A stretch of 64,000 nt of DNA. It comes from Amphiscolops sp. MND2022 (taxonomy: Eukaryota). The stretch covers positions 69,008,001 through 69,072,000 of the forward strand of contig OZ076409.1 of assembly GCA_964187785.1 (NCBI GenBank), given 5' to 3'. Of this stretch, positions 24,104-37,094 are shown piece by piece (the stretch's first letter is position 1; the number at the start of each line of letters is the position of its first letter). The notes under the pieces were generated by a model. It was not told the origin of the DNA, ran no database searches, and saw only the letters and a program-made list of their open reading frames with translations. The position numbers and the translations under genes were made by a program.

Positions 24104-24851
24104 CTCCCCCTGGGATTAGCATGAAGCAGCCCACCTTCATTCCTTCTAAGAACGCTAGTCTTCTGGCATTGAATTGTTCTGGGGACTCCCCTCGGACAGC
24201 CGTCTTGTGCATGTAGTCAATCACTGCTTCATCTTGAATCTGTTCTACAGATTTTCCGCAGATGAGGCAGTCTGTACAGCCCGTGATGTAGGGATTGTCG
24301 TCGCTAGGGCCTTTGAAGTGTATTCCACTAGGGCATTGTTGCTTGTTACTAGTAGAGGGTTCTACCATTGCCCTCCAGTCGCCTGTAGGGTATTTATCCA
24401 CAGCAGGGGGCGACATTGGCGTGTCCACCATTGGAATTAATTGGCTGCAAATATTAATCGGATGATCGTTTTTGAGCCTTGGGTCCCTTGCGACTGGCCC
24501 TCTCCCCATTCCTAGATCAAAGTATCCAGCATCGAACATTGGTCCAGGGGTGTACGAGAGCCTGATGGTCCCGGAGCGATCTTCTCCCTGCTGGTTTGAA
24601 CAGGAGGGCACCGGAATAATTTCTGAGGCTAATGGGAGTTCCATTTGTCTTTCTACGCATTCCGCCAGTAAAGCCACTTCATCATCATCGGATAGAGATT
24701 CTAGGTCGTCTACTGAAGCTCTGCTCACACATTCCATTTCATCATCACTGGATATGCAAATTATTCCGTCTCCCGGGGCTGCGCCCAGAAAGTCTTCAGG
24801 GAAGTACTCGGGGGACTCTGAGTCGAAATGGCTTGATAGGAATTTGTCCAT
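23958..24851 (-). CDS. ORF3 of element C, 297 aa, unknown function (SIM-like IICISSDDE, CxxCxxC); stop lies inside the 3' LTR
   Basis: Intact ORF; its tail VSQASACDG is conserved as (V)SQAAACDG at the start of LTR A. Confidence 0.78.
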   Translation of the reverse strand: MDKFLSSHFDSESPEYFPEDFLGAAPGDGIICISSDDEMECVSRASVDDLESLSDDDEVALLAECVERQMELPLASEIIPVPSCSNQQGEDRSGTIRLSYTPGPMFDAGYFDLGMGRGPVARDPRLKNDHPINICSQLIPMVDTPMSPPAVDKYPTGDWRAMVEPSTSNKQQCPSGIHFKGPSDDNPYITGCTDCLICGKSVEQIQDEAVIDYMHKTAVRGESPEQFNARRLAFLEGMKVGCFMLIPGGVSQASACDGNLYSICHNYQKALPNTIHLNGNFLNELHLYLKSHVIYLF

Positions 24852-26133
24852 AATTATTTTCTTTGCAATTTTCGGAGATATTTCTTTTGAAAAGTTTTTT
24901 GAGTTTTATTTCAAATAGCCAACTGGTTGTTGTGAATGATTGTAGAACAATGGCGGTCTTCCCTTCCGTCGACTAGCGGGAGTTTTCGTCTCAGTTTCCC
25001 GGGGTTTTACGTCTCCCGAGAAGGATAAATTTTCAATAACAAATTCCATCTTGGTAATATCTTTCATCTATCCGTCTTGCCTTCTTTGACAACGCCGACA
25101 ACTGCCTTGTTGGCTTACATCAGTTCTGTCAACACCTCCATATTAAGAGTGCCGCTTCAAGTGTTTATTAACACTCATCGAGCACTTAAAGGTTTCAAGA
25201 GGGTAAGCTATGGCAGTCAGCCACGCCGTCCCCCAGCAATCTTGATTAGCCAATAGGAATGCAGCACGATCTTTTCTGAATAAAATGGCCCCCCAAGGTC
25301 GTAAATCCATATAAGGACTAATGTAAAATGACCTTGAAATTAATGAAATCTTGGAAAATTATGAAATAATTTGTAAAATGGTATATTTTCGAAATAAATA
25401 AGTAACTGTAGATATCGCTGGCAGACTCCATCCACATAGCACTGTAAATTGTAAATAATAACAAATTTGACACCAAACTGTATAGCCACGAACTCCAATT
25501 TTGACACTTTGTCACATTGCCAATTCAGCTTTCAATTCTATTACATTCGAATTCTTCTCTAGTTACTTTCTTTGTATTATCGCCAGTATTTAATCATCTT
25601 TAGTCTTTTAGTCTTTGCGTCGTATTTATTTCCATTTCATTTGAAGTTTCCTTTTGTAATTTCGCTTTGTTACAACACCTCTGGATTTCTTGGGACAGTC
25701 TAGGACAATCGAAACTGAGTCCCTTTTGGCAAATTCACCCATATTCAACATCCTCTCCCTCTTTCAAAGAAGAATCTGCTTCTTCCACCCAGCTTCTGCT
25801 GTGCAACCACTACTTCCGGCCCAAAATACTTCTTCTCGTCAGCCCGACTTCCAGGATTAGCCATTCACCCGGCATCTACAATCTGCATACAGAACTTCTC
25901 TCCTTCAACTTAGTCCACACAGGTCAGTAGCGTCTCAAGGGTTTTCATTTCTATTTTTGGTATTGAACTAATTTGAGGCTTGATCAGGGCTCTCATTTCA
26001 TTCACGTACTTCCTGTCCCATAACTCAAGCATTCACTTGAGTTCAAATATCTACTTCCGGAAGATTTTTTAATGCGGCAATGGACTCTTTTTCAGGAAGT
26101 TCTCCGCTTAATTTTATCTCTTTCTATTTAGAC

Positions 26134-29100
26134 ATGTCGTCCGAAGAGCACAATGAAATCGTCCCCGCTACCGCTACTGGGACTTTAACAGAAGAAGAAG
26201 TTCCACAACAGCCTGAAGAAACAGTCGTTGACCAGACCGCCACTGCCATAAAGGACGCGGAGTCCAACCAGCCTGATCCGCCAAAAGACAGCTCAGCTAG
26301 GATTGATCCAACTCCCAGCCCTTCCACCGATGAGAGTATCACTGCGTACATTGAGCGTCAGTTGCAGACTCTAGGTTGTCAAGGCACTGGACTGGACATC
26401 TCTTTCTTGCCTCCTACCACATCTGCCATCGTAGGCAATGTGCTAAAGCCAACCGCTGAGAAAGCTTCTGAGTCGGAGCCAATTCCCCAGGTCACGACTG
26501 GGTCACAAGACAAGGAGTCTCCTGAGACTGAGATTGAGCGGGGCAATGATGCTGTCAGTGAAGCTGGATTTTCCGTCACCAAGGCGGATTACTTCCAAAC
26601 AGATACCAGCGACGCTGAAGAACTGCTTGATAGTTCAGGTGCTGAGACCGTCAAGGAACCTCCGTTCTTGATCGCACTTAATGCGCTAAGCTCCGCTGGG
26701 ACCGAAACCCATGAGAATGCTAGGCCATTAACTTCGGCTGAGTTACCAAGCACATCTTCCCCGAAGCTCTTCAGTCCCACCAGGCCTCTATCTGCCTCTG
26801 CTCGAACGCTCATAAATCAGCATTTCAATGAGACCAATCCGTGCATCCTTCCGGTAGGCCATGCGACTGTAGCCTTCAATCAGGGGCAAGTCCATTCCAT
26901 CTTGCGTGCCGTCTCCACCGAAACCATTACTTCTTCCCTACACCAGATGAAGAACATGTTGGAAGAAGCGATCCGGGTGGGAATTCGCTCCCAAGGTACT
27001 CCTCAAGGATCCGGGAAGCAGCGAATCAAGATCTTCCGTAAGCAGAGCGGCAGCCTTGGATCAGGTGCGGAAGACAGTGACGTTGGGACTGAGGGGTACA
27101 CTAGCGGAGCCCTCAGTTCGGAAGATGAGTTTGTCATCAATTCGCAAAGAACTGGCAAGGATCTGAGCATCAATCCCCCTCCAAGTCCTCCAGATCAAAG
27201 TTCGACTTCAACACCTGGACCATCATCTGCACAACAAGTCCCTAGTCCAGGATTCTGCTCAACCGACTATGAGCCCTTAGCCACGTTGACCACTGACCAA
27301 GCTTCTGCCTCAAGTCCACCTCGCAAACGTCGTCGGCTACCTGGACGCACAGGCAAAATAATGAAAGAGGCCTATTTCAAAGGAATTCAGTGGACTCGCA
27401 CATTCGTCACCGGCCCCCTCGACCCAGAGCACAATAAACATAAGTTCTACTGCCAAATATGCAAGACGAACGTTTCCATTTTTTCAAAAGGAGCTCGGGA
27501 GATAGTCCGCCATTTCCAGTGTGAGTCGCATTTCCGCAAAGATCAGCGCTGGAGATACGAACACCTAAGGAAGAAAGACAAAGTGACAGGCCGGATTGTG
27601 CACGAAGTCAGAGGGAAGAAGGGCCAATTGCTGACTCCCTTAGAGCTTGAGAAAGAGAAGCCCTTCTTCATGCAAGTTCCCTTGGTTGAAACTGGCAGCA
27701 GCAACCCCTTCTACGAGGATCATATGGCTGGCCTGGGCTCCATCGCTGGGCAGGAGGAGATCAGACTGTGCGTCCAAATCTCTATGGTTGCTCTCTTCGC
27801 TCCTCGTTGTGGAGATCTAAACATCCTTGAGTCGTTATGGTCACAGATTGGCACTGTAACCAACCATCAGAGTCTGTTCTCTCCTTACGATTGGGGCTCC
27901 TCCAAACTGACAGTAAGTATTGGCGATTTCTAGCCTCAGGGTCCTTTAGCCCTAACGTAGCCTCGATTCATTTTCATCCTGGTTAATTTTGTTTTAGACG
28001 ATCTTTCATCACATCTTCCTCTGTGGCATCGCTGACATCGCGTACCAAGTCAGTGTCACGGGTCAGTACTCTCTGGAGTTTGAAATGCGAGGCACTTACA
28101 GCTTTGTCTCGATCCGATTCTGGAAGGGCGAATCCCTCAATGTCGTTCGTTTGCTACGATACCGGACTGCTTCAGAGCCTGCTGCTGGTTTCCTGTTGGT
28201 ACTTTCCCGCCTCTTGTCCGTCCTATCAACACAACCTCAGATTGTGAGCGTGTCTGGGTGTCCTGCAGAGGTGATCCCTCTTCTTGAACGTTCTTGCCTC
28301 TTCCAAAAAGGGATTGAGTACCCTTTTCGATTTGATGCACTTTGTCTGCCGGACCTGATGCACGAACGATGGGGCAGCGTGTTTGGCACCATCAGTTTCT
28401 TCTCCCAGCTGAAGTTTCTGGTTACATTCTTGGACGGTTGCGGTGGACAGCCATGGGCCGCCCTAATGCCAGAATTCGTTAAGGTAAGGTCACTGTCCGT
28501 AAGACTGTAGGTCCAGCTTTGAATTGCCTCCAATGAACATGTTGATTGTAGGCGATGTCTACCTATCACTTGGAAATTGCCGCTGTACCAGCCATATGTT
28601 CGGAGCTGATTGCGAACTGGAAGTCTGTGCACCAGCATTTGACGAAGATTGCCCCACCCCAGGTCCACCAGGGGGTCAAAAGCAAGCCCCAAAGCCTCGA
28701 GTGGGAAATCATTGCTGATGATTTCTTCACCATCAAGCTGGAGTTCTTCGCACGAATTGTCCGCGATTGTTAGTATATTGGTTTTTTCTCCTGTCCACGG
28801 ACCTCATGGTCTCAGTTTCTCTTACCACTACTTGAGGCTCATGCGAGATATAGTAGATTGACACGTTAGGTCTAATGGTGTCATAGTGACACTTCAGGAT
28901 GGTAATGTTTTGTTTTCCAGACACCAAGAGCTTCGAGAGTCAGTTTGCGCAGCGAAGGGATAGTGACTTCTACACCTTCCGAGAGTTCCATACTTTCATC
29001 CGCAAGTTGGCAGGTCGAGCACTACTTCCCAGACACGTGCCTGATATACTGGACTGGAAGTCGCTGGGCGATTTGCAAGGACAGAATTGGCGACAACTGT

Positions 29101-30071
29101 CTAATCGAGATTTCTTGAGTCGCTTGAAGCTCAAAGAAAATCTGGATGCCGCATGCCATGCTCGCGTCAAGAGAATTTATAGTGAGAAGCAACTGACACC
29201 TGAAGAGACGGAAACAGAAGCTGAGGCCATTCGGGACGATTTCGCCACCAAGGCCCGAGGTTACCTCGTCCATCTTTTGAAAGTCTTCCTTGCCGACATT
29301 AGCCTGAATGCTGGTATCGTTAGAGGCCTGGGCAGTTTCGATCCAGTAGCCCTCCTGAGTCTGCCGCTTGAGCAAGCCACATATTGTTTCTCCGCTCTGT
29401 ACCGCTCCTTTAGTTTGCGAGGCTGGTTAGAGAATTCCCCAGAGGCCGATGCCCGAGACGAGTACGTCGATTTCGTGGAGTACTTCCGTCAAGCCAACTC
29501 TGGAGTCAAGGATACCCCAGAGGTCTTCACCGACATGGTAGCCTTTCTGACTGGTATGCCTGAATTGAAGTTGCGGAAACATCTGTTCTACATCTTCCAA
29601 TTGAGTTGTCTGTGCCTGACTTCTAAGTTGCCAGAGCTCCCAGACATCAAATTCCCTGGAGTCGATTGCAGTGATCCCCGAAGTAGACTTTTCGATGTCA
29701 TCATGCCTGCACAGTCTTACCTAGCTAATGTGGCAAATTCGGTGGCTGTGTGCACTACAGAAGCTTCCTTGGGTACATTCAAAGATCTGGAATTCCGATT
29801 CAGTATTGGCAACGTCCCAGGAGACCCTTGGTCACACGTAGACAGTTTCGGCAAAGCTAATCTGCATAAAACCTTAATCGCAGTCTACAAAGCTCTGGGC
29901 AAGAGTGTCCGTCCTGACATCGAGTCCGCTTCCAATTCCTCGTCCAAAGAAGGGGGGAAACAACGTAAGCTGTCCCCGGGTAAAGGCAAGAAAGTTGGCT
30001 TTCGGGTAGCTAGTGAAACTGAAGCCGCAAAATCCAGTGATGTGAACGCTCCCGGAACTTCTAAATCTTAA
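26134..30071 (+). CDS. Antisense spliced accessory gene of element C, ~1210 aa, BED-like finger, hAT-transposase-like; exons 26134-27912, 27998-28483, 28552-28768, 28921-30071
   Basis: Three GT-AG introns (GTAAGT, GTAAGG, GTTAGT donors) give a stop-free 3633-nt frame. Acceptor at 26131 precedes the ATG; AATAAA near 30214 and 30274. Homologous to the B gene. Confidence 0.85.
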
Positions 30072-30306
30072 ATGTACAAAGAGTACATTTGTTTCTAGAC
30101 TGTACTTGTTGTAAACTGCTTTATATTTATTTCATCATTTTGTTGTTTTGTTTGGGCGTGGCTTTGTATTATTCGCCACTAAGTCTTCTTTATTGTACAT
30201 AATTAGTTCGAGTAATAAAGTAAGTCAGAAAGTCCCAAGTAAAAAATGAATGTCCTCATGGACCAATAGTCAAAATAAAGAGGGGACTAGTAATTCAAAT
30301 TTCTGG

Positions 30307-33300
30307 CTAGTATCTGTATTCATCAGTAAAGTTGGGGTTGGGGTTAGGTCGAAGGTTATATCTCCCTCCTCTAGGGCTAGAGTTTTCTAAAAAACTTTCT
30401 TTTTCCGATATTCCGGGCACGGTAATATCTGCGCCTCTGTTTGAAACGCTTTCCGTATTTTTGAAATCATTAGTGACGTCATTTTGATTGTCGTCCTCAT
30501 ATGGCGTTTCGTTCAGCGGGGACGATTCGTCACTGTTGTTCTTCTTTGTTGGCCATATTTCATTCTCGGTGACGTCATTCTCGTTAATTCGTTCGGAGCA
30601 GCTTTCATTTTCGCTCGCGCTGCTGCGTTCATTTTCAATGACGTAATGATCCGCACTGCCATCCTCAGTGTCGGTCGGCCGGCGTGTGGCCACGTCGGTC
30701 CAATCTTCCTTTCTCGGTTCGAATAAGTCGTACTCAAAATCCACTTCCCATGAGATGGAATACAAGTCGTCTTGTGGTATTACTATCTCATTGTCGGGCT
30801 GTAATTTTTCACCTTCATATTTGTCCTCTAAGGGGGCATTTGGTACGAATTTCTTTAATCTAATGCGATGTAGTATTTGCGTTTTATTTGTATTTAATCG
30901 ACGCACAATATAATTGTCATTGGACAGTACTGTCTGAACGACAGAGGGGCCAATCCACCTGTATTCCCTGAATGGGATCTTTGATGCTTGACTGTCCGCT
31001 TTAGGTTGTAGAATAAAACAATAATCGTTTTCTTTAAGCGGAGCCGCTTTGGCCTTTCGGTCGTAGTAGTCCTTATACTTTAGGTAGGACTGCATTATAT
31101 TCTTTTTGGTCTGATCAATGAGGATTTGTGTCCGCTGTTGCACTTCTTCCGCAAAGTCTGTAGTTGGCATGAAATTTTTATTGGGATTGTTCCCCAATTT
31201 GTGATCTAGGACGTTAAAAGGAATTCGGCCATGAAAGACTTTACTCGGTTCACATCCAATACTGGAGTGATATGTGGTATTATAGTTGAGTACTGCTAAT
31301 GGCAGGTATTTATGCCATTGGCGTCGATACTCTCCTGAGGCCATTTTCAAATTGGTTTTGAGTGAGGCATGCGTCCTTTCCAGCTTGCCAATTGTTTGCG
31401 GGTGCTTTGTAGTTGCGCATTTGAGTGTTATGCCCAAAATTTGAGTTATCTCAGCTATGATGGTCGATGTAAATGCGGACCCCTTGTCTGTGATGAGGGT
31501 TGTTGGCAAATATGAATGTTTCGTCATTATGTCAATTATCACCTTGGCTACATTCGTGGCTGTTGCCTCAATTAGCGGGTAGGCGAATAGGTATCTTGAA
31601 AATATATCAATAGCCGTCATCACTGTCTGGTATCCTCCACTAGTCGGTAGATTTGGTAGTAAGTCGATCTGCATGGCATCTTCGGGACCTAGGTCCCACT
31701 CGGGCAAATTTAACAATTCAGGCGTGATTGTATTGTTAGGGACTCTTTTGTCTCTGGCACACGTCTCACAGCCTTCTACCCATTTTTTAACATGTTTGGC
31801 TATCCCAGGGTAGTAGTATTTTTGGCGAATTTCTTGTAACATTTTGGATATGCCCGGGTGTTTATGGGCCGTGCCATGTATTGCTTGCAGTAATTCTTTT
31901 AACAAGTGTTTGGGCAGTAATATCTGGTGGTGTTTAATTTAGCCTGTTTCGTCATAGTACTTCCTTGTGACAATTTCGTCTTTGAGGACTATTCGGTCTA
32001 GATTGTTCAAATAATGTCTATACCTGATGTCCTGTTGGAGGATCTCCTCAGAGTATTCTTCATTCTGAATTTTTGCCTTTAATTGAAGTAATATCGGGTC
32101 TTTGGATTGCTCTAGCAGTATTTGATTAGTTCTACGGAGCTTCTGGGTGAAATTAGTAATTTCTTCGACGATATTTTCGGATATGGCATCAATTTGGATG
32201 ACAGTCTCCGGGACTTTGAGTCCTGCTTTTGATTGTCGTTTTCGTTCCCAGATTTGTTCTTCCGTTTCATTATCTTCCTCAGTAAAGAACACTTGTTCCT
32301 CTTCGGACACACCGGCCGACTGCACGTTGACTTCAATAGGCCGTGTTTCAACGTCTGCGCGAATTTTCAAAACTAACTTTTCGGTCGGTTCCATTTCCAA
32401 ACGGGACAAATAGTCTGCCGCTGTATTATTCTTGCCTGGAATGTGGGCTATTATAAAGTTGAACTGGATGACGAAATCACAGGCATTCCATAATGGCGGC
32501 GGTATGATCTTGGTCTGGAAGAACCTTGTGACCGATTTGTTGTCTGTAAGGATAATTACCGGTTTAGGTGTCCCCCAGAATATATGTCCGAATTCTTTAA
32601 ATGCGTAATATATAGCGAGAAATTCTTTCGCATATATCAACATTTTGAGTTGGGAAGGAATAAAAGTTTTCGAACCATAAGCAATAGGTGCATAGGATTT
32701 CTTGACTGAGGTGAATTTTTGGTTTGGATCGTCTTCAGTGAGTATAGCGTATCCTGCTGCTGTAAAACTGGCATCTGTCATCAGGACTAGCTGTCGATTC
32801 GGCAGTGGTTGCCTCAAGGCTAATTGGCTACACCGGTCCAGGTCTCTATTGATTTCGTTGAATTGTTCGATTAGCTCTGATGTGACTAAGACCTTCTCGT
32901 CCTTCTTAAGTAGTTGAAAGAAGGGAGCCAATTTTTCTGATAGTCTCGGTATGTAGTTTCTGTAATAATTGAGAAAACCGAGATATCTTTGCAAGGCTTT
33001 TTTGGATTTCGGAAATTTAGTTTTTTCTAGGAAGTTTGTGATACTTTCCTTTTGAGGTTTGACGCCCTCTGGGGTGATTGTTCTTCCCAGAAAGTCAATT
33101 TCTGTTGCGCCAAAATGACATTTGTGCATTGTGAGTTTTAATCCAGCCTCTCTTTTGCATTCAAATGTTGCTCGGAGGTTTTTGATCAAATGTTCGGCAT
33201 CATTTGCTGCTATGCCAATGTCGTCGACGTATTGCGCACATTGGTCCGCCTTGATAACGCGGTCCAAGTATTCCCTCATGAAGCTAGAGAAGGCCGACAG

Positions 33301-35415
33301 GGCTCTACTGAGTCCTTGGGCCAATCGTCTGTAAGCGAAAGTTCTGCTGGCAACGTTGAAGGCCAGCATTTCAATAGACCTTTGGTCTGCCATTTGGAGG
33401 CAGTGGTACGCCTGTGAGCAATCAAGTTTGCAAAAAAGTCTCTTCCCGGCCATGTGTTGCGCAGCGTCCGTCAAGGTACTAACTGGGTGGTTGTTATTAA
33501 TATAATCATCAGAAATCAAATTATTGATCTTCCTGAGGTCTACTAATAATCGTAGCTTCCCGTTAGGCTTCTTTTGCGCGAAAATAGGACTGGCATATTT
33601 TGAGAACGGTAAAGTAGTTATAATACCGTATTTGTGAAGTAATGCCAGCTCAACTAGGATATCCTCTTTTAAATTTATTGGAGTCGGTAAGCTCTGGCTG
33701 TATGCGGGTGAGTCGTCCTTCGGGGTCAGTTTGACAGTGAACTCCTCGTGCATCCCAATATCAAATCTATGACGTGCAAATATGTCATGAAATTCCACTA
33801 AGAGAGCTTCTATTTGTTTGATTTCATGCTGTTGTAGCATTGAGTCTTTCCAATCAAAATTACTGAGGAATTTTTGCCGAGATTCTTCATTTTCTTGAGG
33901 ATTGAGGCTTTCTGCTTCTTGCAAATTTCGCAATTCTCTGAGTATTCGTTTTTGTATTGGCGTGTGGGACGCTTCGTCCCCCGGGTTCTCAGGAGTTGGG
34001 AACCAATATTGTTCATATTGGTCGTTATTCCTGTTGGCTTTCAGAAGGCTGCTGATATATTGAACAGCATCTTCTTCATTTTCATTGAGGAGGTGCCATG
34101 TGGACACCGGGTCTATTGGCCTGACGTGTTTCATCTGCTCTGGCGTCATTACTGAGAAGTTGGCTATATGCATCCCCTTTTTGAGTTTGTAGGGTTGGTC
34201 AGTAAAATTATTAATGTGTATCCTCGTGGTCCCTTCATCGAGTGTAATTATGGCAGCGCAGAAGGTTATATCATTTTCTTCATTTAGATGTTCACTGGGC
34301 TGTAAAATCCCAGTGACAGCATTTTCTGCGTAAATTCTGGATTGAATGGAGATGATTGTACGGTCATTTGGTGGAATTGTGACATCCTCGGGATTGAGGA
34401 TGGGCTCCATGACGTTCGAGTACTTGTGGTCAGCCGTTTTCAATTGCATCGAGAAAAAGGGGAAGTTGAGTATGCCTTGGCGCATATCTAGGACTGTGTG
34501 ATTTCTTTGTAAGAACATAAGTCCAATTATGGGGCTGGATAGTTTTTCCATCACAATGAAGATCTCATGGAACTCAATGTCCCCTACTTCAAATTTCAAT
34601 TCCACTGTGCTTTTGGGAGTCTCTAGGTCACCATTTGCGACCATGATTTGGAAAGATGGGGCAGGTCCCTCTTTGACTATGGATTGAGGCGCTAATAGCC
34701 GTATTTTCCTGAGGTCTGCTTCTGGGATTGCGCTGGAGTGGGCCCCAGTGTCTATGAGTCCATCTAACGTTAGTTCTCCAAAGTCCATTGGAAAATATAA
34801 CATCCGCCTTTTAATTTTAAGTCCAAGATTAGTGGAAAGAGGAACGTATGATGGTTCACCTTGTTGTTCCACTAAAATATGCAAGAAGGCTGTTTCATCC
34901 AGGAGGCTATTGGGGTCTTGGTGATCTTCTTGCTCTGGAGTTTCCCCTATTTCTCTTGAGATTGCTTCAGAATTTGGTTGCCAAAGTTCAATGAGGGCCC
35001 TAGAGAGTTTAGTGTCCTCTATTTGGGGGTCGTCCTCATCGTCTGTTGGGGGATAGTCTTCGTTCCGGAATTGGAGATTTCGTTTGTCATATAATTCATC
35101 ATCCCAATACGGATCTTTGCCATACTCAGCGTCAATGTATTGAGGGTGGTAGTCTTCGACCAATGGTAAGGGACGGAATTGAGTCTCAAAGTCTTTAGTA
35201 TAGTCAGTTTCGTAAAATCGGTCTGGGCGATCGTTGTGTACTTGTTTATAGGTTTTGATGCAGGCTTTCTCCATCTGTTGCTGCCAGACGACGGATGGGG
35301 TGCCTGTGGTATCCTTTATATAGTGTCGGAATGTTATAATTGGAGGGTCTGAAATGACATACTGTCGAACCGACATATAGTCATGTATTTGGAGTCGTGG
35401 CAAAATTAGTTTTTT
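30307..35415 (-). CDS. pol: Pol (PR, RT, RNase H, integrase) of element C; one in-frame stop at 31939-31941
   Basis: LIDTGA, QYVDD, TDAS and integrase motifs. ORFs 31939-35403 and 30307-31905 share a frame. Slippery A AAA AAC at 35409-35415. Confidence 0.95.
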
Positions 35416-37094
35416 GGATCTGGCTTTTTGATATTGGATTGGCTTGAGCTGGTGGTCGTCGTGTCGCCTGATGTTTTAGGTTTGCTTTCTGAAGTTGAGG
35501 CGTTTGGGTCTTTTTGCTCCGCTTGTAACCTCTTGGGACGCAGGTGGGCACCTGCTCCTTGCCAACATTTTTCAGTTGAATGGTTCTTTTTCCCACATGT
35601 GTCACAAGGTGGGTAAGTAGGACGCTGTGGTTTTTTGCCATCTTTTTCCTCCATTTCTTTCTTTTTCTTGAGTTTAGGACAGCTTTTGTAAAAATGTCCG
35701 GTTGCCTTGCAATAGGAGCATTGAGCGTCTTTGTTGGTGTTGATGCCGGTAGAGAGTAAGTTGCTCTGGTTTGTTGACGCCGAGGCCATAGTGGCCATTG
35801 GCAAGTCATCGGACTCTTCTAATGCATTAAGTTCTAGCTCTCTTTCAAGATGAGCGCCTATTTCTTCATACGTCCCGTTCTCCAACCGGGCCATGTTGAC
35901 AGATCGTTTTAATTTTGGTGGAAGTTTCGCATATAACAAACTGTCAATCATGCTTTTTGCATTTTCACCAAAAACCTTTTCAGCTCCTTGGTTCAGTTCT
36001 TCCAAGAAGTCCGGCAATTTCATGGTATTTGGGTCGAACGTCAGTCGATGCCATTTGTGTTTTGCCGTCGCTTGGGATTCCGGTTTAACGTACTTTCTCC
36101 GGAATATGACCAGTACGTCTTCCAGAGTCTGACGGTTGATGGAGTTTATGTTCCTAAATGTCTGTAATGCCCTTTTTCGTAGCAATGAATGGAAATGGTT
36201 GATTTTCATCTGTTCTGTCATTGCAGGTTGCATTTTGATCATCGTGTGGAACAAGTCCTCAAAAAGCTCAAATTTTTCGCTTTTTCCGTCAAACGTCATT
36301 GGAGTTGTTTGGACAGCTCTGATGGTCATAGTTTGTGGTTTATTTTGCAAATTGACTAATACATCAGCTAATCTGTTGAACGGGTCCTGCTGTGGCTCTG
36401 GGACCTCGGGGTCTGGGGCTGGCAGAGTCGCGTCTAGAGAGACATTGTGGTTGGAATGTTGCCTCTGGAGGTTCGGGATTGAGTGGATTCGTCCAGTCAG
36501 GAATTCAGGAATTTGCTGTTGGGTGTCAATGGCTCCTGTCACCATGTGAGAACTCTGACCCAGGGTCTCTCTTAGGTCTCCTACAGATCGTGAATCCTTC
36601 TTTGCAATTTTTATTTTAGGCCCAGATGCGCTTTCCCTATTTTCCTGGCTATTCGGGGACGAACTGGCCTCAGTGTCCCTGTGCCCAGCAGAGGACATGG
36701 AACTAGCAATGTTTTGGATCTCTGGAATGACTCTTTCGTTTATAGCTGCTGTGACAGCTCTATTTATTTGATTATGCATCATTGACATCATAGAATCCAT
36801 TTCTTGAGATAATCTGAGATTAAACTCATTCGAGAAGGTTTCAAAAGAGTGTCTGATTTCATTCTGTCTCAGTACATCATTTTCATGCTGATAATCTCTA
36901 TATTCATTCTCTAGGTACGTGTGTGTATCAGCGTCCCCATGGGCCGATGACTGATCTATAGCTTCAGCTAATTCTCTTTCTATGGGATTATTATTGCTAT
37001 TTCCCAGCATCACATCTAAGTTTTCAAAGTCGGACATCATGTCCATTTCCCTAGATTTCCTAGCTTTTGCTTTTTGACGTCTAGTAGAAGGCAT
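35406..37094 (-). CDS. gag: Gag, ~562 aa (start MPSTRRQK), two CCHC knuckles
   Basis: Highly similar to Gag of element A. The ORF-track extension across the N gap is an artefact. Confidence 0.93.
   Translation of the reverse strand: MPSTRRQKAKARKSREMDMMSDFENLDVMLGNSNNNPIERELAEAIDQSSAHGDADTHTYLENEYRDYQHENDVLRQNEIRHSFETFSNEFNLRLSQEMDSMMSMMHNQINRAVTAAINERVIPEIQNIASSMSSAGHRDTEASSSPNSQENRESASGPKIKIAKKDSRSVGDLRETLGQSSHMVTGAIDTQQQIPEFLTGRIHSIPNLQRQHSNHNVSLDATLPAPDPEVPEPQQDPFNRLADVLVNLQNKPQTMTIRAVQTTPMTFDGKSEKFELFEDLFHTMIKMQPAMTEQMKINHFHSLLRKRALQTFRNINSINRQTLEDVLVIFRRKYVKPESQATAKHKWHRLTFDPNTMKLPDFLEELNQGAEKVFGENAKSMIDSLLYAKLPPKLKRSVNMARLENGTYEEIGAHLERELELNALEESDDLPMATMASASTNQSNLLSTGINTNKDAQCSYCKATGHFYKSCPKLKKKKEMEEKDGKKPQRPTYPPCDTCGKKNHSTEKCWQGAGAHLRPKRLQAEQKDPNASTSESKPKTSGDTTTTSSSQSNIKKPDPKN
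36533..36544 (-). promoter_or_regulatory. Primer binding site of element C
   Basis: TGGTGACAGGAG starts immediately after the LTR repeat ends. Confidence 0.9.
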
